A stretch of DNA of 24,000 bases from Jiangella sp. DSM 45060 (GTDB lineage: Bacteria > Actinomycetota > Actinomycetes > Jiangellales > Jiangellaceae), in the NCBI RefSeq assembly GCF_900105175.1, contig NZ_LT629771.1:5700622-5724621 (forward strand), in the 5' to 3' direction. Below the pieces are notes generated by a model. It was not told where the DNA came from and made no database searches. It worked only from the letters and a program-made list of their open reading frames with translations. Of this stretch, positions 6,492 through 15,194 are shown piece by piece. The stretch's first letter is position 1. Every line of letters starts with the position of its first letter. The translations under genes and the position numbers were made by a program.

Positions 6492-7879
6492 TCCTCGCCG
6501 CCACCGACACCGCGTCGGTCTCGTTCGACGCCTGGCAGGGCGTGCTGGTCATCGTGCTGTGCGCGTTCGCGGCGCTGATCGCGAACGCCGCGCTCGCGGT
6601 CTTCAACGACGGCGCCCGGCCGTTCCTGCTCGACTACATCCAGGGCCGGTCCACCCGGCTGGCCACCGCGACGATCGTGACGGGGCTGTCGGCCGGGTTC
6701 ATCTTCGGCCTCGGCGCGCCGATGGCGCTGTCGACCGGCGTGCTCAACCCGTGGCTGGTGTTCCTGCCGGTCGAGATCATCGGCCTGATCGCGCCGTGGC
6801 GCTGGCTCGCGGCCACCGGCGGCGCGGCCTGGGGCGCGGTCTGCGTCTTCGGCCTCAACGCCGCCAACAACGCGGCCACGTCGCTGCCGATCGACTTCGT
6901 CACGGCCCTGCAGCAGATCTCCACCCCGATCCTGTGGCTGTTCACGCTGTTCCCGGTGCTGGCGATCACCCGCCAGTTCGGCCGGGCGAAGGGCCTGATC
7001 ACGTTCGGCGCCGAGCTCGCCGTCGTGCTGCTGTCGATGAACGTCTGGGAGACCCTGTTCCCCGGGTCGCTGGCCATGGCGACCGGCGTCGTCATGCTGC
7101 TCGGGTTCGCGCTCACCCAGGACCGGTCCACCCGGCGGGCCGAGCAGCTGGTGCTGGCCGGCGGGTCCGAGGCGGACCGCGTGGCGCACGCCGAGCAGCA
7201 GGCGGCCACCGCGGCCGCGTCCGACCAGCTGTTCGGGCCCAACGCGGAGCGGCTGCGCCGGAACGTCATCCCGCTGGGCATCCTCGGCGGCATGGTCGCG
7301 GCGCTGGCGGCCAGCGGCATCTTCGGTGGCGGCGAGGCCACCAGCTTCCTCGTCGCCGACGGCACCTACGGCGAGGCCGCGCAGGTCGACTTCCTGCGCG
7401 CCTTCGGCTTCGTGCCGCTGATCGCGACGACGGCGCTGGCCTCGGGCGCGTACGCGATGGCCGGGTTCACCTTCGTCTACCCGATCGGCTACCTGTCGCA
7501 CGTCTTCATCGACGCCTGGCCGCTGGCGCTCGCGGTCGCGTTCGTGCTCGGCGCGCTGGTGATGGCCGCGGAGGTGCTGCTGCTCAGCGCCGTCGGACGG
7601 TGGCTGCAGCACTGGCCGAGCGTGCGCGAGTCGGCCGACCATATCAGGCACGCGATCACCGAGACGCTGTCGCTGGCGATCCTGGTCGGCTCGCTGATGG
7701 CCGGCCTCGCGATGGGCGGCGGACTGGGCATCGCGCTGGTCGGCGGGCTGTATCTGCTCAACGAGTCGATGGGGCGGCCGGTCGTGCGCATGGCGGCCGG
7801 ACCCGCGGCGGTCATCGTCGGCGGCATCGTGCTCAACCTGCTGCACCTGGTCGACCTCGTCCAGCCGGTGGCGGGCTGA
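6488..7879 (+). CDS. yhfT: YhfT-like polytopic membrane protein (putative transporter)
   Basis: Same frame as track ORF 6272..7879. The start is set at the ATG at 6488, which forms an ATGA overlap with the yhfU-like stop. The upstream part of the track ORF is Arg-rich out-of-context sequence. From MILAATD onward the protein is highly hydrophobic with many predicted TM spans (463 aa). Confidence 0.82.
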   Translation: MILAATDTASVSFDAWQGVLVIVLCAFAALIANAALAVFNDGARPFLLDYIQGRSTRLATATIVTGLSAGFIFGLGAPMALSTGVLNPWLVFLPVEIIGLIAPWRWLAATGGAAWGAVCVFGLNAANNAATSLPIDFVTALQQISTPILWLFTLFPVLAITRQFGRAKGLITFGAELAVVLLSMNVWETLFPGSLAMATGVVMLLGFALTQDRSTRRAEQLVLAGGSEADRVAHAEQQAATAAASDQLFGPNAERLRRNVIPLGILGGMVAALAASGIFGGGEATSFLVADGTYGEAAQVDFLRAFGFVPLIATTALASGAYAMAGFTFVYPIGYLSHVFIDAWPLALAVAFVLGALVMAAEVLLLSAVGRWLQHWPSVRESADHIRHAITETLSLAILVGSLMAGLAMGGGLGIALVGGLYLLNESMGRPVVRMAAGPAAVIVGGIVLNLLHLVDLVQPVAG

Positions 7880-8790
7880 TGCCGATCCGGACGGCGAGCG
7901 GCCGGGTGCTCGGGCCGGTGGACGTGCCCGGCACGGTCCTCGCGCACGAGCACCTGGTCGTCGACCTCACCCGGTTCGGCGATCCCGAGGCGCGGGTGAG
8001 CGACGACGCCGCGGTGGCGGCCGAGCTGGCCGCGGCCCGCGCGGAGCACGACCTCGGGCTGGTCGTCGACCTCACCGGCCGCGGAATGGGCGCCGACCCG
8101 GCCCGGGCGCGCGCCATCGCCGAGCGGGCCGGCGTCGAGGTCGTGCTCGCGACCGGCTGGTACTACGAGCGGTTCCACCCCGACGGCGAACCCGGCGACT
8201 CCGTCGACCTCGCCACCGAGCTGCTGGTGAACGACATCGGCGCCGGCATCCGGCCCGGCGTCATCGGCGAGATCGGCAGCAGCGGCGAGCAGGCCAGTGC
8301 GGCCGAGCGCGTCGGCCTGCTCGCGTCCGCCGGGGCCGCGCTGGCCACCGGGCTGTCCGTCGCCACCCACGCCCACCTCGGACGCGGCGGACTGGAGCAG
8401 CTCGACCTGCTCACCGGCGCGGGGCTGGCGCCGCACCGCATCTGCATCGGCCACCAGGACCTCATCGACGACACCGGCCAGCACCGCGCCATCGCCGCCG
8501 CCGGCGCGTACGTCGCCTTCGACACCGTCGGCAAGGCGGCCTACCAGCCCGACGAGAAGCGCGTCGAGCTGCTGCTCGCGCTGCTGGACGCCGGCTACGC
8601 CCGGCACCTGCTGCTGAGCAACGACATCTCCCGCGACGGCTACCTGACCAGCCGCGGCGGGCCGGGCTTCGGCCACGTGCTGGGCCCGTTCCGCGCCGAG
8701 CTCGCCGCCCGCGGCGTCGACGCGGCGACGCTCGGTCTGCTCTACCGGGAGAACGCCCTGCGCTGGCTGGACGGAACGGAGCACCCATGA
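7879..8790 (+). CDS. php: phosphotriesterase-homology protein (PHP / COG1735 amidohydrolase-superfamily hydrolase)
   Basis: This is the C-terminal 303 aa of track ORF 6145..8790, starting at the ATG at 7879, which shares its A with the yhfT-like TGA. It carries an HxH metal motif, LAHEHLVVDL (His23/His25, 7945-7953), then VIGEIGSS, ATHAHLG, CIGHQD and LLSNDISRD. Confidence 0.92.
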   Translation: MPIRTASGRVLGPVDVPGTVLAHEHLVVDLTRFGDPEARVSDDAAVAAELAAARAEHDLGLVVDLTGRGMGADPARARAIAERAGVEVVLATGWYYERFHPDGEPGDSVDLATELLVNDIGAGIRPGVIGEIGSSGEQASAAERVGLLASAGAALATGLSVATHAHLGRGGLEQLDLLTGAGLAPHRICIGHQDLIDDTGQHRAIAAAGAYVAFDTVGKAAYQPDEKRVELLLALLDAGYARHLLLSNDISRDGYLTSRGGPGFGHVLGPFRAELAARGVDAATLGLLYRENALRWLDGTEHP

Positions 8791-9896
8791 GCCCCTCGCT
8801 GCCCGCGACCACCCCGCTGCCCATCGCGACCGCCGACGACGCCCTGGCCGCGCAGCAGCGCCTGGTCGGCGCGATCGCGACACACTTCACCGACGGTGCG
8901 CTCTTCCGCGCCGACGTCGGCGTCGTGCCCGGCCTCGGCCGGCCCGACACCACCGCCCGGGCGGAGGCGGTGCTGGCCGAGGCGTTCGGCGCCGACGACG
9001 CCTGCCTGGTGCAGGGCGCGGGCACCGGCGCCATCCGGGCCGCGCTGTCGGCCGGCCCGTGGTCGCAGGGCGAGCGGCGGATCATCGCCCACGACGCGCC
9101 CGACTACTCGACGACGGCGACGACGTTCCGCGACGGCCTGGCCGACGTCGCCCGCGTCGACTTCGACGACAACACCGCGCTCGACGCCGCGCTCGCCGGC
9201 GACCCGGCCCGCTGGGTGTATGTGCAGCACTCCCGGCAGCGGCTGGCCGACCGGCACCAGCCCGCCGACGTCATCGCGCGGGCGGCCGCGTCGGGCCGCG
9301 GCGTCGTCGTCGACGACAACTACGCGGTGTTCCGGACCCCGGGCATCGGCGTCCAGCACGGCGCCACCGTCTCGGCGTTCTCGCTGTTCAAGCTGCACGG
9401 GCCGGAGGGCGTCGGCGTGGTCGTCGGCGACGGCGAGCTGGTCGGCCGGGCGCGGGCGGCCAACTACTCCGGCGGCGGCCAGGTCCAGGGCGGTCAGGCG
9501 CTGGCCGCGTTGCAGGCGCTGGTGATGGTCCCGCTGAACTGGGCCGCGCAGTCGCGGGCGGTGACGGAGCTGGCCGGCCGGCTGGCGGACGGCGACGTGC
9601 CCGGCGTCGTGGACGTCCGGCTGGCGAACGCGCAGGACCTGTGCGTCATCGCGCTGCTGGACCGGCCCGTGGCGGCGAACGTGCCGGCGTGGGCCGCGCG
9701 GCACGGCGCCGCGCCGTTCCCCGTCGGCTCCAACTCGCGGCACGAGATCACCCCGCTGGTCTACCGGCTGTCGTCGTCGGCGCTGGCCGCGCAGCCGGAG
9801 CTGGCGGACTGGGCGGTCCGGGTGAACCCGATGCGCGCCGGTGCCGAGCTGACCGCCCGCATCCTGCGGTCGGCTCTGGCCGAAGGGGATCGTTGA
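8787..9896 (+). CDS. yhfS: PLP-dependent fold-type-I enzyme, YhfS-like (aminotransferase/lyase-type)
   Basis: A 369-aa ORF with an ATGA overlap with the php stop. The candidate PLP-lysine context is VSAFSLFKLHGPEGVGVVVG, preceded by VVVDDNYAV. Its size is close to E. coli YhfS (about 361 aa as recalled). Confidence 0.8.
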   Translation: MSPSLPATTPLPIATADDALAAQQRLVGAIATHFTDGALFRADVGVVPGLGRPDTTARAEAVLAEAFGADDACLVQGAGTGAIRAALSAGPWSQGERRIIAHDAPDYSTTATTFRDGLADVARVDFDDNTALDAALAGDPARWVYVQHSRQRLADRHQPADVIARAAASGRGVVVDDNYAVFRTPGIGVQHGATVSAFSLFKLHGPEGVGVVVGDGELVGRARAANYSGGGQVQGGQALAALQALVMVPLNWAAQSRAVTELAGRLADGDVPGVVDVRLANAQDLCVIALLDRPVAANVPAWAARHGAAPFPVGSNSRHEITPLVYRLSSSALAAQPELADWAVRVNPMRAGAELTARILRSALAEGDR

Positions 9897-11059
9897 TGTT
9901 CCTGGCGATGACCGAGCGGCGCAATCCCGCGCTCGTCCAGGCCGCGATCGACCTGCACCGCTCCGGCGCCGTCGAGCCGGACACGTACGTGATCGACCTC
10001 GACGCGGTGGACCACAACGCGGCCGCGCTGGCGGCGAGCGCCGCGCGGCACGGCGTCGAGCTGTGGTTCGTCGCCAAGCAGTACGGCCGCAACCCGCTGG
10101 TCACCGCCACCGTCGCGCGGCACCTGCCGCTGGCCGCGGCGATCGACCACCGCGAGGCCGTCGCGCTGCTCGGCGCCGGCGCCCGGCTGGGCAACCTGGG
10201 GCATCTGGTCCAGGTGCCGCGCCGGCGGCTGCCCGGCCTCCTCGCCGCCGAACCGGCATACGTGACGGCGGCGGACGAGCAGAACCTGACGGCCGTCGCG
10301 GCGGCCGCGCACGACCTCGGCCGGGTGCAGCCGGTGCTGCTGAAGATCCGCGGCGCGGCGGAGTCGACGTTCCCCGGCCAGGACGGCGGCTTCGAGCCTG
10401 ACGACGTCGCCGGGGTGCTCGAGCGCGCCGCCCGGCTGGACGGCGTCCGCGTCGCCGGAGCGACCGGCTTCCCCTGCCTGAGCTTCGACGCCGGCGCCGG
10501 GCGGCCGCGGCCCACCGGCACCCTCGACCGCGTGCTCGCCGCCGCCGCGACGATGCGGGCGGCCGGCCTCGACCCGGTGCTGTCGCTGCCCAGCCACACC
10601 AGCGTCAGCACGATCCCGCAGATCGCGCGGCTCGGCGGCGCCGTCGGCGAGCCGGGTCACGCGCTCACCGGCACGACGCCCGAGCACGCCGTCGACGCCG
10701 CTCTGGCCGAACGTCCGGCGCTGGTGTACGTCTCGGAGATCGCCCAGCTCGGCTCCGCGCCGAGCGTCTTCGGCGGCGGCTTCTACAGCCGCGGCCGGGC
10801 CCGCGACCTGCTCGTCGCCACCGGCGGCGGAGTGCGCCGGGCGACGCTGCGCGACACCCCGGCGGGCAGCATCGACTACTACCGCCGGTTCGACTGGAGC
10901 GGCGACGGCGACGGCGCGCGGGTCGGCGACACCGCCGTCATGGCGTTCCGCACGCAGATCTTCGTGACCCGCTCCCGGGTGGCCGTGGTCGCCGGGATCG
11001 AGGCGGGACGGCCGCGTGTGGAGGGCGTGTTCGACGCGCTGGGGAGCCGGGTCGCGTGA
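9896..11059 (+). CDS. yhfX: alanine-racemase-N-domain (fold-type III) PLP enzyme, YhfX-like
   Basis: This is the C-terminal 387 aa of track ORF 9059..11059. The start ATG at 9896 shares its A with the preceding TGA. The candidate PLP lysine is in WFVAKQYGRNP. The length equals E. coli YhfX as I recall it (387 aa). Confidence 0.85.
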   Translation: MFLAMTERRNPALVQAAIDLHRSGAVEPDTYVIDLDAVDHNAAALAASAARHGVELWFVAKQYGRNPLVTATVARHLPLAAAIDHREAVALLGAGARLGNLGHLVQVPRRRLPGLLAAEPAYVTAADEQNLTAVAAAAHDLGRVQPVLLKIRGAAESTFPGQDGGFEPDDVAGVLERAARLDGVRVAGATGFPCLSFDAGAGRPRPTGTLDRVLAAAATMRAAGLDPVLSLPSHTSVSTIPQIARLGGAVGEPGHALTGTTPEHAVDAALAERPALVYVSEIAQLGSAPSVFGGGFYSRGRARDLLVATGGGVRRATLRDTPAGSIDYYRRFDWSGDGDGARVGDTAVMAFRTQIFVTRSRVAVVAGIEAGRPRVEGVFDALGSRVA

Positions 11060-12300
11060 GCCCCTCCGCGACCGTCCTCGTCCTCGACGGCTTCGGCGTG
11101 GGCGCGCTGCCCGACGCCGCCACCGTCCGGGCGTCGGACACCGCGGCCGACACCGTCGGCGCCGTCGCCGCGTGGTCGGTGCGCGAGCGGGGCCGGCCGC
11201 TGGACGTGCCGCACCTGGCCGGGCTGGGGCTGGCGGCGCTCCGCCCGGACCTGCGCGACCTGCTCGCCGTCCCGGTCCCGCTGCTGCGCGCGACCGGCGC
11301 CCGGGCCGGGCTCGGCTACCCCGGCGCGGACTCCTTCGCCGGTCACCAGACCCTCATGGGCGCCGACATGTCGCACGTCGTGCTGTGCCGGCTGGCCGAG
11401 CGGATCGACGAGGTGACGGCTGCGCTGCGGGCCCGCGGGCACCGGGTGCGGACGCTGGACGACCGCCCCGTCCTGGTGGTCGACGACGCCGCGCTCGTCC
11501 ACGACAACCTCGAGGCCGACCCCGGCCTGAACTGGAACGTCTCCGCCCGGCTGGACGACCTCGGCTTCGCCGCGATCCTGGCGATCGCGCAGGTGGTGCG
11601 CGCCGTGGCGCCGGTGGCCCGCGTCATCGCCGTCGGCGGGCGCTCCGAGCGGCCGCTGGCCGACGCCGTCCGCCCCGGTCCCGGCGGCACCGTCGGGCTG
11701 GACACCCCCGCCAGCGGGTTCTACCGCAACGGCGGGCTGCGGGTCCGGCACCTCGGCGCGCCGGTCGACCACGCCCGCCAGCTGCACGAGGCGGCGGCGC
11801 GCGCCGGCCACGACGTCGTCCTCATCGGGAAGGCCGCCGACCTGCTGGTGACCGACGCGCCCGTCGACCGCCGTCCGGGCGTCGACACCGCCGCGATCCT
11901 CGCCGACGTCGCGGCGACCGCCGGGCACGGGCTGGTCGTGGCGAACGTGCAGCGGACCGACCTCGCCGGGCACTCCCAGGACGCGGCCGCCTTCGCCGAT
12001 CAACTGGAGGCGGCCGACCGCGCCCTCCCCCGCGTCGCCGGACGGCTCGGCCCGCGCGACCTGCTGGTCGTCACCGGTGACCACGGCAACGACCCCGCCA
12101 TCGGGCACCCCTTCCACACCCGCGAGTGGGTGCCGGTGCTGGCCGCAACCGGCGGCGCCCCCTCGACCCGCCGCGGCCACGATCTCGCCTCCCTCGCCGA
12201 CGTCGGCGCGACGGTCGCGCGGTGGCTCGGTCTCCCGGCCGGCGCCACCGCCGTCGGCGTCGCCGCCGCCGCGCAGGACCTACCCGTGGGCGGCCGGTAG
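11056..12300 (+). CDS. yhfW: phosphopentomutase-like metalloenzyme of the alkaline-phosphatase superfamily, YhfW-like
   Basis: A 414-aa ORF with a GTG start that forms a GTGA overlap with the yhfX-like stop. Metal-ligand-type motifs are present: [22 protein letters not shown] and HTREWVPVL. Confidence 0.85.
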   Translation: MSPSATVLVLDGFGVGALPDAATVRASDTAADTVGAVAAWSVRERGRPLDVPHLAGLGLAALRPDLRDLLAVPVPLLRATGARAGLGYPGADSFAGHQTLMGADMSHVVLCRLAERIDEVTAALRARGHRVRTLDDRPVLVVDDAALVHDNLEADPGLNWNVSARLDDLGFAAILAIAQVVRAVAPVARVIAVGGRSERPLADAVRPGPGGTVGLDTPASGFYRNGGLRVRHLGAPVDHARQLHEAAARAGHDVVLIGKAADLLVTDAPVDRRPGVDTAAILADVAATAGHGLVVANVQRTDLAGHSQDAAAFADQLEAADRALPRVAGRLGPRDLLVVTGDHGNDPAIGHPFHTREWVPVLAATGGAPSTRRGHDLASLADVGATVARWLGLPAGATAVGVAAAAQDLPVGGR

Positions 12301-13287
12301 CTCGGCGAAGTGGCAGGCGCTCGGGTGCAGGCCGAGCCGGGGCTCGAGGGCGGGCTCGACGTCGGCGCACTCGTCCCGGGCCTTCCAGCAGCGGGTCCGG
12401 AACCGGCAGCCGGACGGCGGGTCGGCCGGTGAGGGGACGTCGCCGGTGAGGAGGATGCGCTCGCGCGGCGGCTGGCTCCACGGCCGCGGCACCGGGACGG
12501 CGGAGAGCAGCGCCTGGGTGTATGGGTGGGTGGGCCGCCGGAAGATCTCCTCCTGCTCGGCCAGCTCGACCACCTTGCCCGCGTACATGACGGCGACCCG
12601 GTCCGAGACGTGACGGACGACGGAGAGGTCGTGGGCGATGAAGAGGTAGGTGAGGCCGAGGTCGGCCTGCAGGTCGGCGAGCAGGTTGAGCACCTGCGCC
12701 TGGATCGACACGTCCAGGGCCGACACCGCCTCGTCGCAGATGACGAGCTTGGGCCGCAGCGCCAGCGCGCGGGCGATGCCGAGGCGCTGCCGCTGACCGC
12801 CGGAGAACTGGTGCGGGTAGCGGTCGGCGTGGCTCGGGTCGAGGCCGACCCGGGCGAGCAGGTCGCGCACCTCGTCGCGCCAGCGGTCGCGCGGCACGAC
12901 GCCGGGGTGGATCTCCCAGGCCTCGGCGACGATCTGGCCGGCGGTGCGGCGCGGGTTCAGCGACGAGTACGGGTCCTGGAAGATCATCTGGACGTCGCGT
13001 CGCGCGGCGCGCAGCTCGGCCGGCGACGCGGCGGTGAGGTCGCGGCCGTCGAAGGTGACGGTGCCCGACGCGGCCCGCTCCAGCCCGATCACCGTCCGGG
13101 CCAGCGTCGACTTGCCCGACCCCGACTCACCCACCAGCCCGAGCGTCTCGCCGCGGCGCAGGTCGAAGGAGACACCGGCGACGGCCTGCACGTGGCCGGT
13201 GACCCGCCGCAGCAGCGCCGAGCGCAGCGGGAACGTCGTGTGCAGGTCGCGCACCGACAGCAGCGGCTCAGACCCGTTCGCGCTCAC
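12280..13287 (-). CDS. oligopeptide/dipeptide-type ABC transporter ATP-binding protein (DppF/OppF-like)
   Basis: Same frame as track ORF 12280..13455, with the start moved to the GTG at 13287 ([15 protein letters not shown]). It has Walker [10 protein letters not shown], the signature LSGGQRQR, Walker B LVICDE and a C-terminal Cys-rich oligopeptide-ABC tail. It overlaps the upstream ATPase gene by 20 nt. Confidence 0.9.
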   Translation of the reverse strand: MSANGSEPLLSVRDLHTTFPLRSALLRRVTGHVQAVAGVSFDLRRGETLGLVGESGSGKSTLARTVIGLERAASGTVTFDGRDLTAASPAELRAARRDVQMIFQDPYSSLNPRRTAGQIVAEAWEIHPGVVPRDRWRDEVRDLLARVGLDPSHADRYPHQFSGGQRQRLGIARALALRPKLVICDEAVSALDVSIQAQVLNLLADLQADLGLTYLFIAHDLSVVRHVSDRVAVMYAGKVVELAEQEEIFRRPTHPYTQALLSAVPVPRPWSQPPRERILLTGDVPSPADPPSGCRFRTRCWKARDECADVEPALEPRLGLHPSACHFAELPAAHG

Positions 13288-14278
13288 CCGACACCACCTC
13301 CTCGGCGTGGTGGCACGCGGCCCGGTGCTCGGCCGGCCGCCCGTCGACGGCGCGCAGGGCGGGGTCGTCGGCGCGGCACCGGTCGGTGGCGTATGGACAG
13401 CGTGGATGGAAGGAACAGCCGGACGGCAGCGCCAGCAGGTTCGGCGGCGCGCCACGCACCGGCGTCAGCCGCTCGCGCGGCCCGTCGAGGTCCGGGATCG
13501 ACGCCATCAGGCCGCGGGTGTAGGGGTGGGCGGCATGGTCGTAGACCTCGCGGATGGCGCCGGTCTCGACCGCCCGCCCCGCGTACATGAGCAGCGCCCG
13601 GTCAGCGACGTCGGCGACCACGCCGAGGTCGTGCGTGATCAGCACGAGCGCCATGCCCTCCTCGCGGCGCAAGTCCGCCAGCAGCCGCATGATCTGCGCC
13701 TGGACGGTGACGTCGAGCGCCGTCGTCGGCTCGTCAGCGATGAGCAGGCGGGGCCGCAGCGCGAGCGCCATCGCGATCATGATCCGCTGCCGCATGCCGC
13801 CGGAGAACTGGTGCGGGAAGTCGTCGACCCGCCGCCCGGCGGCCGGGATGCCGACCCGCTCCATCAGCTCGACGGCGGCGGCGCGCGCAGCCCGGCGCGA
13901 GGCGCCGCGGTGCCGCCGGAACATCTCGCCGATCTGCCAGCCGACCCGGAACACCGGGTTCAGCGAGCTGAGCGGGTCCTGGAAGACCATCGCGATCTCG
14001 TCACCGCGCAGCCGCCGGACCCGGTTCGGGTCCTCGGTCAGCAGGTCGCGTCCGTCGTAGACGATGCTGCCGCCGGCGATCTCGCCGGCCGGCTTGGGCA
14101 GGATCCCCATGACGGCCTGGGCGGTGACGCTCTTGCCGCTGCCGGACTCGCCGAGGACGGCCAGCGTCTCGCCCCGGCGCACATCGAACGACACCCCGTC
14201 GACGGCTCGGACGACGCCGCCGCCGGTGCGGAAGCGCACGGCGAGGTCGCGCACGCTGAGCAGTGGACTCTCCGTCAC
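13268..14278 (-). CDS. oligopeptide/dipeptide-type ABC transporter ATP-binding protein (DppD/OppD-like)
   Basis: A 336-aa ORF with a GTG start. It has Walker [10 protein letters not shown], the signature FSGGMRQR, Walker [13 protein letters not shown] and a C-terminal [14 protein letters not shown] motif. Confidence 0.92.
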   Translation of the reverse strand: MTESPLLSVRDLAVRFRTGGGVVRAVDGVSFDVRRGETLAVLGESGSGKSVTAQAVMGILPKPAGEIAGGSIVYDGRDLLTEDPNRVRRLRGDEIAMVFQDPLSSLNPVFRVGWQIGEMFRRHRGASRRAARAAAVELMERVGIPAAGRRVDDFPHQFSGGMRQRIMIAMALALRPRLLIADEPTTALDVTVQAQIMRLLADLRREEGMALVLITHDLGVVADVADRALLMYAGRAVETGAIREVYDHAAHPYTRGLMASIPDLDGPRERLTPVRGAPPNLLALPSGCSFHPRCPYATDRCRADDPALRAVDGRPAEHRAACHHAEEVVSGERERV

Positions 14279-14285
14279 GGCCGCC

Positions 14286-15191
14286 TCACAGGTTCTTCAG
14301 CTTCGGGTCGAACCGGTCCCGCAGCGCGTCGCCGAGCAGGCCGAACGACACGACCAGCAGCGCGAGGCAGATACCGGGGATGGTGGAGATCCACCACGCG
14401 TCGCCCAGGTAGTTGCGCCCGTTCGCGATGGTGACGCCCCAGCTCGGCGAGCTGGACGGGGTACCGAGGCCGAGGAAGCTCAGCGACGCCTCGGCCAGGA
14501 TGACGTGCCCGATCTCGACCGTCGCGACCACCAGCACCGGCGCCGCGCAGGCCGGCAGCACGCAGTGCCGCACCAGGTGCCACGACCGCGCGCCCAGCGT
14601 CCGGGTCGCGTCGACGAAGTCGCGGTTCTTCGTGACCAGCACCTGACTGCGGGCCACCCGCGCGAACGTCACCCAGTTCGAGATGGCCAGAACGATGACG
14701 ACGTTGACGACGCTCGGCCCGAGCAGCGCGGCGATGAAGATCGCCAGCAGGATCGACGGGAACGTGAGCTGGACGTCGGCCAGCCGCATCAGCGCGCCGT
14801 CCAGCCACCGTCCGTACCACCCGGCCACGACGCCGACGGTGACGCCGATCAGCCCGGCCAGCAGCAGCGTCGCGACGCCGACCGCGATGGAGATGCGCGC
14901 GCCCTGGAACACCTGCGCGAGCAGGTCCTGGCCCACCTGGTCGGTGCCGAAGATCGCCAGCGAGCCGTCCTCGGTGCGCGAGCCGGGCGGCAGCAGCCGG
15001 TCGCCGGTGCTCGTCGCGACCGGGTCGTAGCCGACCAGCCACGGCCCGAACACCGCCGCGAGCACGTAGAGGGCGATGACGGCGCTCGCGAACCGGATGC
15101 GCCCGGAACCGGGCTTGCGCCTGGGGCGGCCAGCAGCCTCGGGGACGGGGGCGGCCGGCGGGCTGCCGAGGTCGGTCAGTGTGTCGGTCAT
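14286..15191 (-). CDS. ABC transporter permease (DppC/OppC-like)
   Basis: A 301-aa ORF with multiple TM segments, N-terminal and core features of the binding-protein-dependent transport family, and an EAA-loop-like EASLSFLGLG. Confidence 0.92.
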   Translation of the reverse strand: MTDTLTDLGSPPAAPVPEAAGRPRRKPGSGRIRFASAVIALYVLAAVFGPWLVGYDPVATSTGDRLLPPGSRTEDGSLAIFGTDQVGQDLLAQVFQGARISIAVGVATLLLAGLIGVTVGVVAGWYGRWLDGALMRLADVQLTFPSILLAIFIAALLGPSVVNVVIVLAISNWVTFARVARSQVLVTKNRDFVDATRTLGARSWHLVRHCVLPACAAPVLVVATVEIGHVILAEASLSFLGLGTPSSSPSWGVTIANGRNYLGDAWWISTIPGICLALLVVSFGLLGDALRDRFDPKLKNL

Positions 15192-15194
15192 GGG

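Noticed and set aside
4528-7846. Antisense ORFs 4528..6084(-), 518 aa, and 6260..7846(-), 528 aa, opposite the yhfZ-like to yhfT-like genes.
   Set aside because: They have Arg/Asp/Gly-rich low-complexity translations, no RBS or start context and no recognisable domains. The + strand frames have coherent family features and overlap-coupled junctions.
6145-8790. The 881-aa ORF 6145..8790(+), read as a single large protein.
   Set aside because: Only its last 303 aa (from the ATG at 7879) form a coherent PHP-type protein. The upstream part is an out-of-frame read-through of the DUF2620 and YhfT genes and is an Arg/Pro/Ala-rich shadow. The same logic applies to 9059..11059 (the true start is 9896) and 6272..7879 (the true start is 6488).
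12280-13455. N-terminal extensions of track ORFs 12280..13455, 15195..16196, 19580..21436 and 22134..23159.
   Set aside because: The extensions are low-complexity and overlap the upstream gene. Canonical family N-termini appear at internal starts: [26 protein letters not shown], the signal peptide MMRSRAHRPL with lipobox, and VNARW...LIRHGES. Those starts also give the overlap couplings at 13287, 16118, 21124 and 22877.
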